From NCBI GenBank assembly GCA_951812955.1, contig OX638340.1:736001-800000 (forward strand): 64,000 nucleotides of DNA, written 5' to 3'. Origin of the DNA: an uncultured Gemmatimonadota bacterium (GTDB taxonomy: Bacteria; JAAXHH01). Of this stretch, positions 10,265-19,896 are shown piece after piece. The position numbers were made by a program, and so were the translations under genes. Positions within the stretch are counted from its first letter, which is position 1. Every line of letters begins with the position of its first letter. The notes under the pieces were generated by a model. It did not search any database, was not told the DNA's origin, and saw nothing but the letters and a program-made list of their open reading frames with translations.

Positions 10265-11701
10265 ATGTCCAGATCGCTTCACATACATCTTGTGGCCATC
10301 TGCGGTACAGGGATGGGCGCGCTCGCGGTGATGCTCAAGTCTCTGGGTCACCGGGTTACCGGAAGCGACGAGAACGTCTATCCCCCAATGAGTACGGTGC
10401 TTTCGGAGCAGCGAATAACTGTATTTAATGGTTACGCCGCATCCAACCTGGATCCGCCGCCGGACCTAGTAGTCATCGGAAACGCGGTTTCCCGGGGCAA
10501 TCCCGAGGCCGAAGCGGTGCTCGAAAGGAAGATCCGGTATGCGTCCATGCCGGAGACACTCAAGACATTCTTTCTATGGGACCGCAAACCGGTCGTGGTG
10601 GCGGGAACACACGGCAAGACGACTACGACGGCGATGCTCGCATGGGTGTTCACCGAAGCCGGCCTGGATCCAAGCTACATTGTCGGCGGCGTTCCCATCG
10701 GCTGGCAGACCGGCGCGCGGCTGGGATCGGGCGACCTGTTCATCCTGGAAGGCGATGAATACGACAGCGCCTTCTTCGACAAACGTGCGAAGTTCCTTCA
10801 TTACCTGCCCGATACGGTGATCATAAACAACATCGAATTCGATCACGCGGACATTTACGATTCGCTCGATGAGATCGAGCTTGCCTTCAGAAGGCTGGTC
10901 AACATCATACCGGAAAACGGCCTGTTGATCGGCCCGGCGGACGACGCCCGTGTCCGGGCGCTCGCTTCACGCGCATTCTGCCCCGTCCATACCCTGGGCG
11001 CGTCACCGGACGCAAGGTGGTCGGTGCGTGACGTATCCAGCGATCCCGGCGGCACGTCCTTCGACCTGTATGAACTGGGTGAGCACCGCGCCCGTCTCAT
11101 GATCGGTCAACTCGGAATGCACAATGTCAGGAACGCCCTGGCGGTCGTGGCCGCCGCCAGGCATTACGGCGTATCCTGGCCGGATCTGACACGGAGCCTG
11201 AAGTCCTTCCCCGGTGTGAAGCGGCGTCTCGAAGAGCGGGGCGAAATAAATGGTATCGCGGTCTACGACGATTTCGCTCACCACCCCACGGCCGTAAAGG
11301 CGACGCTGGAAGCCCTCAGGAGGGCTTTTCAGGACCGGCGTATCTGGGCCGTATTCGAACCGCGTTCCGCCACGACCATACGCCGGAACTTCCAGGAAGC
11401 CTACGGCGCTGCATTCGACAACGCGGACCGCGTGCTGATCGCGCCGGTCTTTCTACCCGGCAAAGCGCCGGACGGCAACCGTTTTTCAGTGGACGAACTG
11501 TTGGATGGACTGCGCGGGCGGGGTCTGAAGGCCGTCGCCACGGAAAGCGTGGAACAAATCGTCGAACATCTAGCCGAGGAGGCGGCGCCGGGCGACCGGA
11601 TCGTGTTCATGAGCAATGGGGGATTCGGCGGTATCCTCGATAGGACTTTGAACGCGCTGGGGAAAAAACACGCGGTGGAAGCGTCCCGGAAACAGGACTA
11701 G
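10265..11701 (+). CDS. mpl: UDP-N-acetylmuramate:L-alanyl-gamma-D-glutamyl-meso-diaminopimelate ligase (murein peptide ligase)
   Basis: HIHLVAICGTGMGALA...VTGSDENVYPPMSTVL...VVAGTHGKTTTTAML aligns residue-by-residue with the E. coli Mpl N-terminus as I remember it. The start could be the GTG at 10259, which overlaps the upstream TGA. Confidence 0.85.
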   Translation: MSRSLHIHLVAICGTGMGALAVMLKSLGHRVTGSDENVYPPMSTVLSEQRITVFNGYAASNLDPPPDLVVIGNAVSRGNPEAEAVLERKIRYASMPETLKTFFLWDRKPVVVAGTHGKTTTTAMLAWVFTEAGLDPSYIVGGVPIGWQTGARLGSGDLFILEGDEYDSAFFDKRAKFLHYLPDTVIINNIEFDHADIYDSLDEIELAFRRLVNIIPENGLLIGPADDARVRALASRAFCPVHTLGASPDARWSVRDVSSDPGGTSFDLYELGEHRARLMIGQLGMHNVRNALAVVAAARHYGVSWPDLTRSLKSFPGVKRRLEERGEINGIAVYDDFAHHPTAVKATLEALRRAFQDRRIWAVFEPRSATTIRRNFQEAYGAAFDNADRVLIAPVFLPGKAPDGNRFSVDELLDGLRGRGLKAVATESVEQIVEHLAEEAAPGDRIVFMSNGGFGGILDRTLNALGKKHAVEASRKQD

Positions 11702-12678
11702 GCGTGCCGAGCGTACACTTCGACGTCCATTACTTTGCCGGCCGACCTGAACTGCTTCCGCAGCGTAGCTTCATGGATGAATCCCGCGTCTCGCAGTGCC
11801 GCGCTCTTCGGGCCGTCGTCCGGTTCAACATGGCAGATTACCTTGCGTCCGGTCGGAAGAGCAAATGAATCGAGCAGTGGCTTCAGTTGCGCCGTAAAGG
11901 CGGAATGAACGGCCAGATCGAGGAGAAAGGTCTCGCCGCGCCAGCGGGTATCGGGCGCCAGGGTCGCGTAACCCGTGACCGCTCCGCGCTCCGTGACCAT
12001 CAGCCGGACCTGGACATCATCCGCTTCCCGTGTTTGCTTCATCAGCCCCAGGTAGGCCCCCTCGAACATGCGCGGTCCGATATGTCCCAGTCCGACGTTA
12101 CGCAGGGAAGGCGGACCGGACTGTGCGCAGAACACGTTAAGCGAAGGCCAGTTCTTCCAGTCCCCAGGGACCACGCGAGCCCTGCCTCCGCGGAAATGTT
12201 CCCGCTCGTACGCCGCGTGCTCCATGTACTTCATGTGACCCGATTCCGGCTCGACGCTACGGAAACCGAAGCCGTGGTAGAGGTAATAGGGATGGGTATC
12301 GTAGCCGGTGGACAGCGTAAGGTACCGGCCGTCCCGGGCTTTGAAATCGGCCATCTGCTCGGTCATTACGAGCCGCGCTACACCCTTGCGGCGGTGTTCA
12401 GGCGCGGTGTACACGTGGCTCAGGATGCCGATCCCGTCGTGTTCGCTGACCATGATGTTGCAGACCGCCCTGTCGTTTAGACAGCCGAGGTAGAACCTGG
12501 TTTCGAGGGGGCTGACCCGGCCGGCGAATACCTCGTCGAGATGCCACTGTTCGTTGCTGTACTTGTGCGCCAGGATCGGCCGGACCAGGGGCGCATAGTC
12601 GTCATCCGGCGCCAGGACGACGCCGATTTCGAGCTTTTCACCCGTGCGGAGCGTACTGGCGGCGATCTGCGTGTACAT
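11698..12678 (-). CDS. two-domain GNAT-family N-acetyltransferase
   Basis: An acetyl-CoA-binding-like HRRKGVARLV motif in the first domain and a second GNAT-like domain in the C-terminal half. Likely start is MYTQIAAS at 12678; the track ORF runs to 12765. Its 3' end overlaps the mpl stop convergently. Confidence 0.65.
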   Translation of the reverse strand: MYTQIAASTLRTGEKLEIGVVLAPDDDYAPLVRPILAHKYSNEQWHLDEVFAGRVSPLETRFYLGCLNDRAVCNIMVSEHDGIGILSHVYTAPEHRRKGVARLVMTEQMADFKARDGRYLTLSTGYDTHPYYLYHGFGFRSVEPESGHMKYMEHAAYEREHFRGGRARVVPGDWKNWPSLNVFCAQSGPPSLRNVGLGHIGPRMFEGAYLGLMKQTREADDVQVRLMVTERGAVTGYATLAPDTRWRGETFLLDLAVHSAFTAQLKPLLDSFALPTGRKVICHVEPDDGPKSAALRDAGFIHEATLRKQFRSAGKVMDVEVYARHA

Positions 12679-12733
12679 AAACGTTGGGGTACAATCGGAG
12701 TTGGGGGATGGATTGAGATCGCGGCCTGTGCTT

Positions 12734-13153
12734 CTAGGTCTGCCTGCCGCGGCCCAGAACAGCACCGACGGCCATGCCGCTCAACGCCACCTGAACTGTA
12801 TCGATGATGACCTTGATCAAGGTCCCGGTGAGATCCAGCATGGTGGTCATGCCAAAGAGGCTCAGACCCAGGAACAGGTGGAGTAGCGCTCCGAAGACCG
12901 CACTGGTCCCAAGGGCCTTTACCGCGCCGGTGTGGCCCGTCCAGCAGCCAAGGAGCACGGTCAGTAAAGCGCCCATGGCAACGGCGCCCAGGACGATCGT
13001 CCACACGTTCGGGCTGGACTTCATGACCAGTTCGGGAGCCGTCACCGCGTAACCTTTTAAAAAACCGCCGAACAAACCGCCAGCGGCAAAGCCAAGCAGC
13101 AGCACCATGACGGTCCCGGTTACAGTCGCAATGGCGAATCGTTGTACAGACAT
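12734..13153 (-). CDS. small 4-TM membrane protein (paralog A)
   Basis: 139 aa, four hydrophobic segments. Clearly homologous to the upstream 137-aa ORF, sharing RF.ATv.G.VmvLLlGF...ALL.VllGCW..h.GA...G.....G.LLhL.. Confidence 0.55.
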   Translation of the reverse strand: MSVQRFAIATVTGTVMVLLLGFAAGGLFGGFLKGYAVTAPELVMKSSPNVWTIVLGAVAMGALLTVLLGCWTGHTGAVKALGTSAVFGALLHLFLGLSLFGMTTMLDLTGTLIKVIIDTVQVALSGMAVGAVLGRGRQT

Positions 13154-13253
13154 AGACTCCTCTCCCTGCGAATAACCGTCCTGTCTTCCGGCCCTTGTTA
13201 CAAGGTTGTGTGCCCGCAGGCCGCTGTCGGAAACCTGCGGATCATCCGACGGA

Positions 13254-13667
13254 TCACTTCCTGGCGAGTACGATTCCGATCACGGCGCCCGCCAGGGAAA
13301 TGCGTACCGTCGTCAGGACAACGTCAAACAACGTCGCCTGGAGATTCATGTAGTGCACTGTGCCGTAGAACATCATGCTGATGCTCAGGCTCAGCAGGAA
13401 ACCGAAAATCGCGCCGGTCCTGAATCCCGCACCTGCGCCGGATACCTTTGCCCAGCAACCGATTACGAGGCACAGCAACGCCGCCAGTACCAACTCGCTC
13501 AGGTAAATGAACAGCATTTCGGGCGGGTCTTTCGTCACGGAGGCCGCCCCCGGATCGGCGTTCGCGGCGAAAAACCCCATGAACAACACCGCATACAGGA
13601 AGAAACCCATGACGAGCAGAACCACGGCGCCTGCGATCGTAGCGACCAGGAAACGGGTTAGACTCAT
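13254..13667 (-). CDS. small 4-TM membrane protein (paralog B), tandem duplicate of 12734..13153
   Basis: 137 aa. MSLTRFLVATIAGAVVLLVMGFF...LCLVIGCW...LAGAVIGIVL is alignable along its full length with paralog A. Confidence 0.55.
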   Translation of the reverse strand: MSLTRFLVATIAGAVVLLVMGFFLYAVLFMGFFAANADPGAASVTKDPPEMLFIYLSELVLAALLCLVIGCWAKVSGAGAGFRTGAIFGFLLSLSISMMFYGTVHYMNLQATLFDVVLTTVRISLAGAVIGIVLARK

Positions 13668-13717
13668 ATTGGCTCCGGGAAGGCGTTAAATGCTCAACGC
13701 TCAGTCTGTCGGGATCA

Positions 13718-15100
13718 TCACGCCGCGAGACCTGCTATCCGGTCGATGAGTATATCCACCTGTTCGGCCGTATCCATGACATGCAGCGTGGCGCGGACCC
13801 CGCTGAATCCGCCGGCGGCGCCGACCGTCCGTATATAGATGTTCGGGTTCCGGTACCACAACCGCCCGACGATATCTGAAGGATTCAGGTCCTTGACCGA
13901 AAAGGATACGAGCGCCATGGACATGCGGGGATCGTCCGACGAATAGACGGTGACCCCGTCGATCTCCTTCAATCCTCTTCTCAGCCGCAGGGACAGGTAA
14001 CGGAGCCGTGCTTCGATGGCTTCCGGGTTAAGTCTGTTGTGGAAATCCAGCGCCGCGCCGATCGAAATGCGGTCCGAGTAGCTCGTGGAGCCTCTCTGCT
14101 CGAGTTTACGCGCACCCTCGATGGCCCGGTCCGGATCGGGTGAACCGGTGTATACAAGCGGACGAATCCGGTCTGCCGCGTCGTTCCGGAGGAACAGGAA
14201 CCCGGTATGCTGGGCGGCCAGCATATACTTGTGGCCCGGGCCCGCGTACATGTCACACCCGAGATCCTGCATGTCCAACTTCATCATGCCAGGCGGTTGG
14301 GCCCCGTCGATCAGCGTTATGATGCCCTTCGACCTTGCCATCTCGCATATTTCCTTCACCGGCATGATGAAACCGTCGGTGTAGTTGATATGGCAGATGG
14401 TGAGGAACCGGGTCTTCGACGTAATGCCCGATTCCACCACGTCTATGACTTTCTGCGGGTCTTCGAGCATGCGGAAACTGGGATCCGAGATGTCCACCAT
14501 CTTGAATTCCAGGCCGTCTCGCTTCGCGCGAAACGCCATCATGTTCTTCACCCACCCGTAGTCATAGTTGGTCGTCAGAATCTCATCGCCCCGTTTCAGG
14601 TCCAGCCCCATGAATCCGAGGCCCATGCCATCGGTAGTGCTGTTTGTGAAGGCGATTTCCTCGACATCCGCTCCTACGAAACCGGCCATGTCCTTGCGAA
14701 TCTGGTCCATGCCGCTGAAAAAGTAGGTCGACCAGCACATGGCAGGATCGGAATTGACTGCTTCCACGGCCTCGGTCTGCGCCTTGTGGACGCTCAGGGG
14801 CGAAATACCCCGTGTGCCGGAATTCATGTATATCACGCCGTCACGAAGGAGGAACTGGGCCGCGACCTTCTCCCAGTATGCCTCGTCATCGGGTGCGGCG
14901 CCGCCATCCGGCGTGTCGGGCAGATCGGGCAGCGGCGCTGCTTCTGCTTCCTGAACCGGGGACAGCAGGGTCGACGCACCGGCCAGCCCGGCCGCGCCGG
15001 CCATCATGCTGCCAATGAATCCACGGCGGGACAGACCTTGCAGCTTGTCAGGGTCCTGAATTCGGGGATCGAAGTGCAATGTTCCTTCGTTGTCAGACAT
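13718..15100 (-). CDS. class V aminotransferase-fold PLP enzyme (cysteine desulfurase/isopenicillin-N-epimerase-like) with a twin-arginine (Tat) signal
   Basis: LSRRGFIGSMMAGAAGLAGA matches the Tat motif S-R-R-x-F-L-K. The body has an aminotransferase class V pattern (ITLIDGAQPPG..., YAGPGHKYMLA). GGAGG RBS lies before the ATG. Confidence 0.8.
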   Translation of the reverse strand: MSDNEGTLHFDPRIQDPDKLQGLSRRGFIGSMMAGAAGLAGASTLLSPVQEAEAAPLPDLPDTPDGGAAPDDEAYWEKVAAQFLLRDGVIYMNSGTRGISPLSVHKAQTEAVEAVNSDPAMCWSTYFFSGMDQIRKDMAGFVGADVEEIAFTNSTTDGMGLGFMGLDLKRGDEILTTNYDYGWVKNMMAFRAKRDGLEFKMVDISDPSFRMLEDPQKVIDVVESGITSKTRFLTICHINYTDGFIMPVKEICEMARSKGIITLIDGAQPPGMMKLDMQDLGCDMYAGPGHKYMLAAQHTGFLFLRNDAADRIRPLVYTGSPDPDRAIEGARKLEQRGSTSYSDRISIGAALDFHNRLNPEAIEARLRYLSLRLRRGLKEIDGVTVYSSDDPRMSMALVSFSVKDLNPSDIVGRLWYRNPNIYIRTVGAAGGFSGVRATLHVMDTAEQVDILIDRIAGLAA

Positions 15101-15258
15101 GAAATGCCTCCATCGGGGATCGAACCGTCCCGTTTATCCGGCTGAATTGGGCAAGTGTAGTGTGCAGTATAATTGGGATCTATAATGGGAACAAGAAATA
15201 ACGATCCATGAGATTAAAGCGAAATGTCTGCGGACGCAGTAACCGCAATGCACAGCTT

Positions 15259-16269
15259 TCACTCGTGCTTCTCCAGGAAATCTTTCAAGCACTCGCATTC
15301 ACTTGCCGCAGCCGGATCCAGTTCGATCTGGTGCATCCGGGCGCGGACGTAGAAGAGGCTCATCTCGTCCGGCGTTCCGTCCCGCTCGATGATCTCCCGC
15401 ACCCTGGCGGGAAAGTAGCTGCCCCAGTCCGGCTGGCGACCATCGAGATCCGTAAAACCGTATTCTTTCGCTAGCGTACCGCTCGAGTACAGCCCGCCGT
15501 ACTTCGAAGCGACGTCCGGATCGGCCGCCAGAGCCGCGACGCCCCTGCCCATGTAGCACGGCGTTTCCGATTCTTCGAAGTATGAGTCCTGGGCAATAGC
15601 GTCCCGCCAGTTCTCTTCCGTGACCCCGAAACCGTCCAATATCGCCTCGGACCGCAGAAACCCCGGCGTGACGGTCAGCGCGGTGATTCGGTGCGCGTGG
15701 AGATCGGTAGCCATCGCGTATCCCAGCCGGATCGTCGCGTTTTTCGCGAAGTCGTAGAACAGGTTCCCGCGATAGCCCATCGTGTCGCCGTCCGTGACTT
15801 CCACGATCAGCCCGGAGTTCTGCTCGATCATGATCGGCACACCGTGCCTGCTGGTGATGATATGGCTGTGTACCGCCCCTTCAATCATCCTGAACCCCTG
15901 GGCCGTATCGAGTTCCCAGAAAGGCGAACCCCACTCGATCATTTCATCGCCGCCCCATATGTCGTTGACGAGGATGTCGAGCCGACCCTGGTCGTTCCTG
16001 ACGCGTGCGAACAATCGCTCCACTTCGGCTTCGATGGTATGGTCCGTCCGCACGGCGATGCCGCGGCCGCCTTCGGCCGTGACGATATCGGCGGTCTCCT
16101 CGATGGTTTCAGGCCGGCCCGGCGTGGCGGGGCGTCCTTTCACGCTCCGTCCGGTGCAATAGACCGTGGCGCCCGCCGCACCGAGCATTCGGGCGATTCC
16201 CCGGCCGGTCCCGCGTGTGGCTCCCGTCACGACAGCCACGCGATCCTGCAGTGATCCACGATCCATCAT
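15259..16269 (-). CDS. short-chain dehydrogenase/reductase (SDR) family oxidoreductase
   Basis: VAVVTGATRGTGRGIA is the Rossmann TGxxxGxG motif. Likely start is the Met at 16269; the track ORF extends to 16350. Confidence 0.8.
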   Translation of the reverse strand: MMDRGSLQDRVAVVTGATRGTGRGIARMLGAAGATVYCTGRSVKGRPATPGRPETIEETADIVTAEGGRGIAVRTDHTIEAEVERLFARVRNDQGRLDILVNDIWGGDEMIEWGSPFWELDTAQGFRMIEGAVHSHIITSRHGVPIMIEQNSGLIVEVTDGDTMGYRGNLFYDFAKNATIRLGYAMATDLHAHRITALTVTPGFLRSEAILDGFGVTEENWRDAIAQDSYFEESETPCYMGRGVAALAADPDVASKYGGLYSSGTLAKEYGFTDLDGRQPDWGSYFPARVREIIERDGTPDEMSLFYVRARMHQIELDPAAASECECLKDFLEKHE

Positions 16270-16534
16270 GTTTCCCGGAAAGCGGTGTGCGTCCGAATCT
16301 TGCCGGTTAAGAAGACGATCCAATGTACTTGCCGCGACGCCCGATGTCAAAGTGATAGGGGGTCCGTCAGGATAGCAGTTGTTTCACCGGACATGACTCA
16401 TTATGGTAAGGGATCCACGCAAACAGCGGGGTCCGGCGACGACACAGAAACGATTGATCCGCGGCAGACTTCCGCATGCGGTTTCCTGATCGTATGATCC
16501 TCCACGATTTGCGATTTCCAATTTCGAGACACAC

Positions 16535-17530
16535 ATGGCCATCATACCTGTCGATTACTCAAATCCTCGCTACGAAGCGACGTCCCTGCACCGTTTTACT
16601 GTAGAAGCGCTACGGAAAGCCGGCTTGTCGCACGCCCACGCATCGGAAATGGCCGATTACCTGACCGCGACGGATCTGCGCGGCGTGCTCAGTCACGGTA
16701 CTCGGCAGCTTCCCGGCTACGTGAGGTCCTTCCAGTCACGCAGCTGCAACGCCACGCCGAACATCCGGATCCATCGCGAAGCCGGAGCAATGGTGCAGTG
16801 GGACGGTGACGGCGGCATGGGACACCTGGTTTCCGCCCGAGCGATCCGCTCGGCGGTCTCACGGGCAAGATCAACGGGGATCTGCCTGGTCACGGCGACG
16901 CACTGCGGCCACACCGGTTCCGTAGGGAACTGGACGCGCATCGCGACGGGGTCGGGCATGATCTGCCTGTACTACAGCACGCCCATGAGTCCGCTTCCCT
17001 TCGACCGGCCAGAACCCGTCGTTGAAGCGTTGAATAACCCCCCGGTCAGCTTCGGATTCCCTGCCGCGGAGGGCGAACCGCCCGTGCTGATCGATATGGG
17101 TACGCACCTGGAACTCCCCGATGTTCAGGAGAAGATCGCGGAGATAAGCGTGCTGCCGCTGATTAAGGGACTGGCCTACCAGGTCACGTCCGTAATGTTG
17201 ACCTGGCCCGTGGACGCGCAATCTCACATTGAACGAAGCTATCCGGGGGCCACCAGCAGCCTCACCGCCGTCGTCCTGGACCCCGCCTTCATCGGCGAGC
17301 CATCCAATTACACGCGAACGGTCACGGAATTGCGGGCGAACATCCATGCCATGCGACCCCTGCCGGGCCTGGACCGTTCATCGTTACCGGGTGAAATCGA
17401 AGCGGAGCGGGAGGCCGATTTCAGCCGGAACGGGATACCCCTGGACGACGCCCACATCCTGTCGCTACGGGACCTGGGCGATGAACTGGGTGTACCGTGC
17501 TACTGGGAGACTGGCGGATGCGGGAGGTAA
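16535..17530 (+). CDS. Ldh2-family (malate/L-lactate/sulfolactate dehydrogenase type 2) oxidoreductase
   Basis: The N-terminal region RFTVEALRKAGLSHAHASEMADYLTATDLRGVLSHGTRQLPGYV is the characteristic Ldh_2 family start. Confidence 0.7.
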   Translation: MAIIPVDYSNPRYEATSLHRFTVEALRKAGLSHAHASEMADYLTATDLRGVLSHGTRQLPGYVRSFQSRSCNATPNIRIHREAGAMVQWDGDGGMGHLVSARAIRSAVSRARSTGICLVTATHCGHTGSVGNWTRIATGSGMICLYYSTPMSPLPFDRPEPVVEALNNPPVSFGFPAAEGEPPVLIDMGTHLELPDVQEKIAEISVLPLIKGLAYQVTSVMLTWPVDAQSHIERSYPGATSSLTAVVLDPAFIGEPSNYTRTVTELRANIHAMRPLPGLDRSSLPGEIEAEREADFSRNGIPLDDAHILSLRDLGDELGVPCYWETGGCGR

Positions 17531-18141
17531 ACGAGGAACAGGCGGGGCGGGCTCATCGCGACCAGCTCCAACGGGCACTGGGTCATTACCTGGCGCGTTT
17601 TCCCGGTGAAGGCGAAACGGTAGAACGGATCCGTTCCCTGGTGGCCGGACATCCCGACTGCTTCGAAAGGACGTGCCTGCCGGGCCACATCACCGGTTCG
17701 GCCTGGATCGTTTCTCCCGACTGTTCTAAATACCTGATGACCCGCCACCGGATATTCGACCGCTGGCTACAGTTGGGCGGCCATTCCGACGGTTGCACCC
17801 AACCTCACCTCGTCGCCCTGCGGGAAGCCGAAGAAGAGTCCGGGCTATCGGGTTTCGGCCTGTACCGTGAGCTGGAAGGATTCGTTCCACTGGACGTGGA
17901 TATCCACACCATCGCCGCCCGGGCCGGCGTACCTGCGCATGCGCATTTCGACCTCCGCTATCTGCTGATGGCATCCGTCGAAAAACCCTTGAAGATAAGC
18001 GATGAATCCCATGACCTCAGGTGGTTTGAAAGGAACGAACTCATGGAAATGATCCACGAAGAAAGCGTGCTTCGCATGCTGCACAAAGGGGACGCCGCCC
18101 TGAAACGGCAGAGGGGGGATTTCGTACACAGTTTCTCCTGA
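17518..18141 (+). CDS. NUDIX hydrolase
   Basis: Nudix box REAEEESGL (REUxEExGU) preceded by GGHSDGC. Starts at the ATG at 17518, or the GTG at 17497, overlapping the upstream gene. Confidence 0.8.
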   Translation: MREVNEEQAGRAHRDQLQRALGHYLARFPGEGETVERIRSLVAGHPDCFERTCLPGHITGSAWIVSPDCSKYLMTRHRIFDRWLQLGGHSDGCTQPHLVALREAEEESGLSGFGLYRELEGFVPLDVDIHTIAARAGVPAHAHFDLRYLLMASVEKPLKISDESHDLRWFERNELMEMIHEESVLRMLHKGDAALKRQRGDFVHSFS

Positions 18142-18269
18142 CGATTCGCTTGCACGACGCCGGCGGGGGGCGTATATTCTCCCCGGACTTTCAAACGACA
18201 AATCTCTGACATTTCCGCCTTGTTCGATCAGCCAAAGGTGGCGGCCAAAACCGAAAGAGGTGCCGTACT

Positions 18270-19025
18270 ATGCCCCCTCCCGCAGCCCTTCAGCTTTATA
18301 CCCTTCGAGAAATGGCCGACAAGGACTTCGATCAGGTGGTGAACCTGACCGCGGAGATCGGTTATGCTGGCGTCGAGCCCGCCGGTTTTCCCGGCACCAC
18401 GCCGGAAGCGGCCGGCAGGCTCTTCGAATCGCTGAACCTCGAAGTTCCCAGCGCGCACCTTCCGCTGCCCGTCGGCGACAACAAATCCTATGTCATCGAA
18501 ACAGCCGGTGCGCTCGGGACCAGCCGCGTGGTCGCGGGGCTGGGCCGGGACGATCACAACACGGTAGACAACATCAGGTGGTCGGCGGACCGCTTCAACG
18601 CGGCCGCGGAAGCCGTAGCGCCTCACGGTTTGACCTTCGGGATACATAATCACTGGTGGGAATACCTCGAGGTTGAGGGACGGATAGCGACGGATATCCT
18701 CCTCGAGCATCTTTCACCAGAGGTATTCTTCCAGGTGGACGTGTACTGGGTTCAGGTCGGCGGTCCCGATCCGGCCGGCGTGCTCGAGCGCCTCGGCGCC
18801 CGAGCGCCGCTGCTTCACCTCAAGGACGGCCCCTGCCTACGGGATACGGACATGACCGCCCTGGGCGAAGGGAAGGTGGACCTCCCTGGCGTGATCGCAG
18901 CCGGCGGAGATCACACCGAGTGGCACATCGTCGAACTGGACAGTTGCGCGACGGACATGGTCGAAGCGGTGAAGAAGAGTTACGACTACCTGGTGGACAA
19001 CGGCCTGTCCCGCGGCAACAGGTAG
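18270..19025 (+). CDS. sugar phosphate isomerase/epimerase (xylose-isomerase-like TIM barrel)
   Basis: TFGIHNHWWE...LLHLKD pattern typical of AP-endonuclease-2/xylose-isomerase-like TIM barrels. GC3-rich on the plus strand; the antisense ORF 18228..18710 is treated as a shadow. Confidence 0.7.
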   Translation: MPPPAALQLYTLREMADKDFDQVVNLTAEIGYAGVEPAGFPGTTPEAAGRLFESLNLEVPSAHLPLPVGDNKSYVIETAGALGTSRVVAGLGRDDHNTVDNIRWSADRFNAAAEAVAPHGLTFGIHNHWWEYLEVEGRIATDILLEHLSPEVFFQVDVYWVQVGGPDPAGVLERLGARAPLLHLKDGPCLRDTDMTALGEGKVDLPGVIAAGGDHTEWHIVELDSCATDMVEAVKKSYDYLVDNGLSRGNR

Positions 19026-19107
19026 CTCAAACCGGGCAGACTGCGAGTCGAACTCCGCCGCGTTCGAACGAGCGGCAAGAACTGAGACGGGAGCGAGGAG
19101 ACGGCGC

Positions 19108-19893
19108 ATGACAAAGGAAGAGGGCGCGCGCAAACGCGAGCAACTGATCCGCGACGGATACTGTCATATCGAAGGCGTGCTGCCAGAAGACTTCCTGGCT
19201 ACCATGCGGGAAGAATCGGACCGCCTGCTCGATTCGGCGGAACACCCGCCCGAGTGGCAGTACCAGGGATCCGACCTGCATGTTTCCGGTCAGGATAACG
19301 AGGCGATGGGCAACTTGCTCGAGTGGCCCGGCGCCCGGGATATCCTCAATACCATGGGCCTGACGGATTTCACCCCTTCCGGTATCGTAATCATCCTGAG
19401 CAAGCCGGCCGGCGGTCCGCCCCTCTACTGGCACCAGGACTGGATGGCGTGGAACGATCCCATCAGCCTGGCACCCTGGCCTCAGACCATATTCCTTTCC
19501 TACTACCTGGTGGACACGGACTTCGAAAACGGGTGTTTCCGCGTTATACCCGGCACGCATCGCAGGCGCATTCCCCTGCACGGCCAGGTGGAGGTCGCCC
19601 ACCAGGAGACCGCGTATTTCGCCGACATGAAGGATCCGCACATGTTCGGTGACCATACGGACGCTGTCGACCTGCCCGTGAAAGCCGGCGACCTGGTCAT
19701 CGGTGACGCACGCGTCCTTCACGCGGCGCGCGGCAACAACAGTGATCGCAGGCGGACTTTGCTTCTGGGATGGCACAACCGGCCGCTGACCGTACCGGAT
19801 CACTGGACTGGCGAGGTGCCCGAACCCATCCTGAACCGCCCGCCGGACGCCCGTTACGAAGGCACGAGAATCCCCGGAAAATACCTGGAGTAG
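19108..19893 (+). CDS. phytanoyl-CoA dioxygenase (PhyH) family Fe(II)/2-oxoglutarate oxygenase
   Basis: WHQDW..., IPGTHRR and a C-terminal RRTLLLGW. The H-x-D...H facial triad pattern fits the PhyH family. Confidence 0.75.
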   Translation: MTKEEGARKREQLIRDGYCHIEGVLPEDFLATMREESDRLLDSAEHPPEWQYQGSDLHVSGQDNEAMGNLLEWPGARDILNTMGLTDFTPSGIVIILSKPAGGPPLYWHQDWMAWNDPISLAPWPQTIFLSYYLVDTDFENGCFRVIPGTHRRRIPLHGQVEVAHQETAYFADMKDPHMFGDHTDAVDLPVKAGDLVIGDARVLHAARGNNSDRRRTLLLGWHNRPLTVPDHWTGEVPEPILNRPPDARYEGTRIPGKYLE

Positions 19894-19896
19894 CCA

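Noticed and set aside
12477-13004. 175-aa minus-strand ORF overlapping the small membrane-protein gene
   Set aside because: An Arg-rich low-complexity translation. The alternative frame gives a 4-TM protein with a clear tandem paralog.
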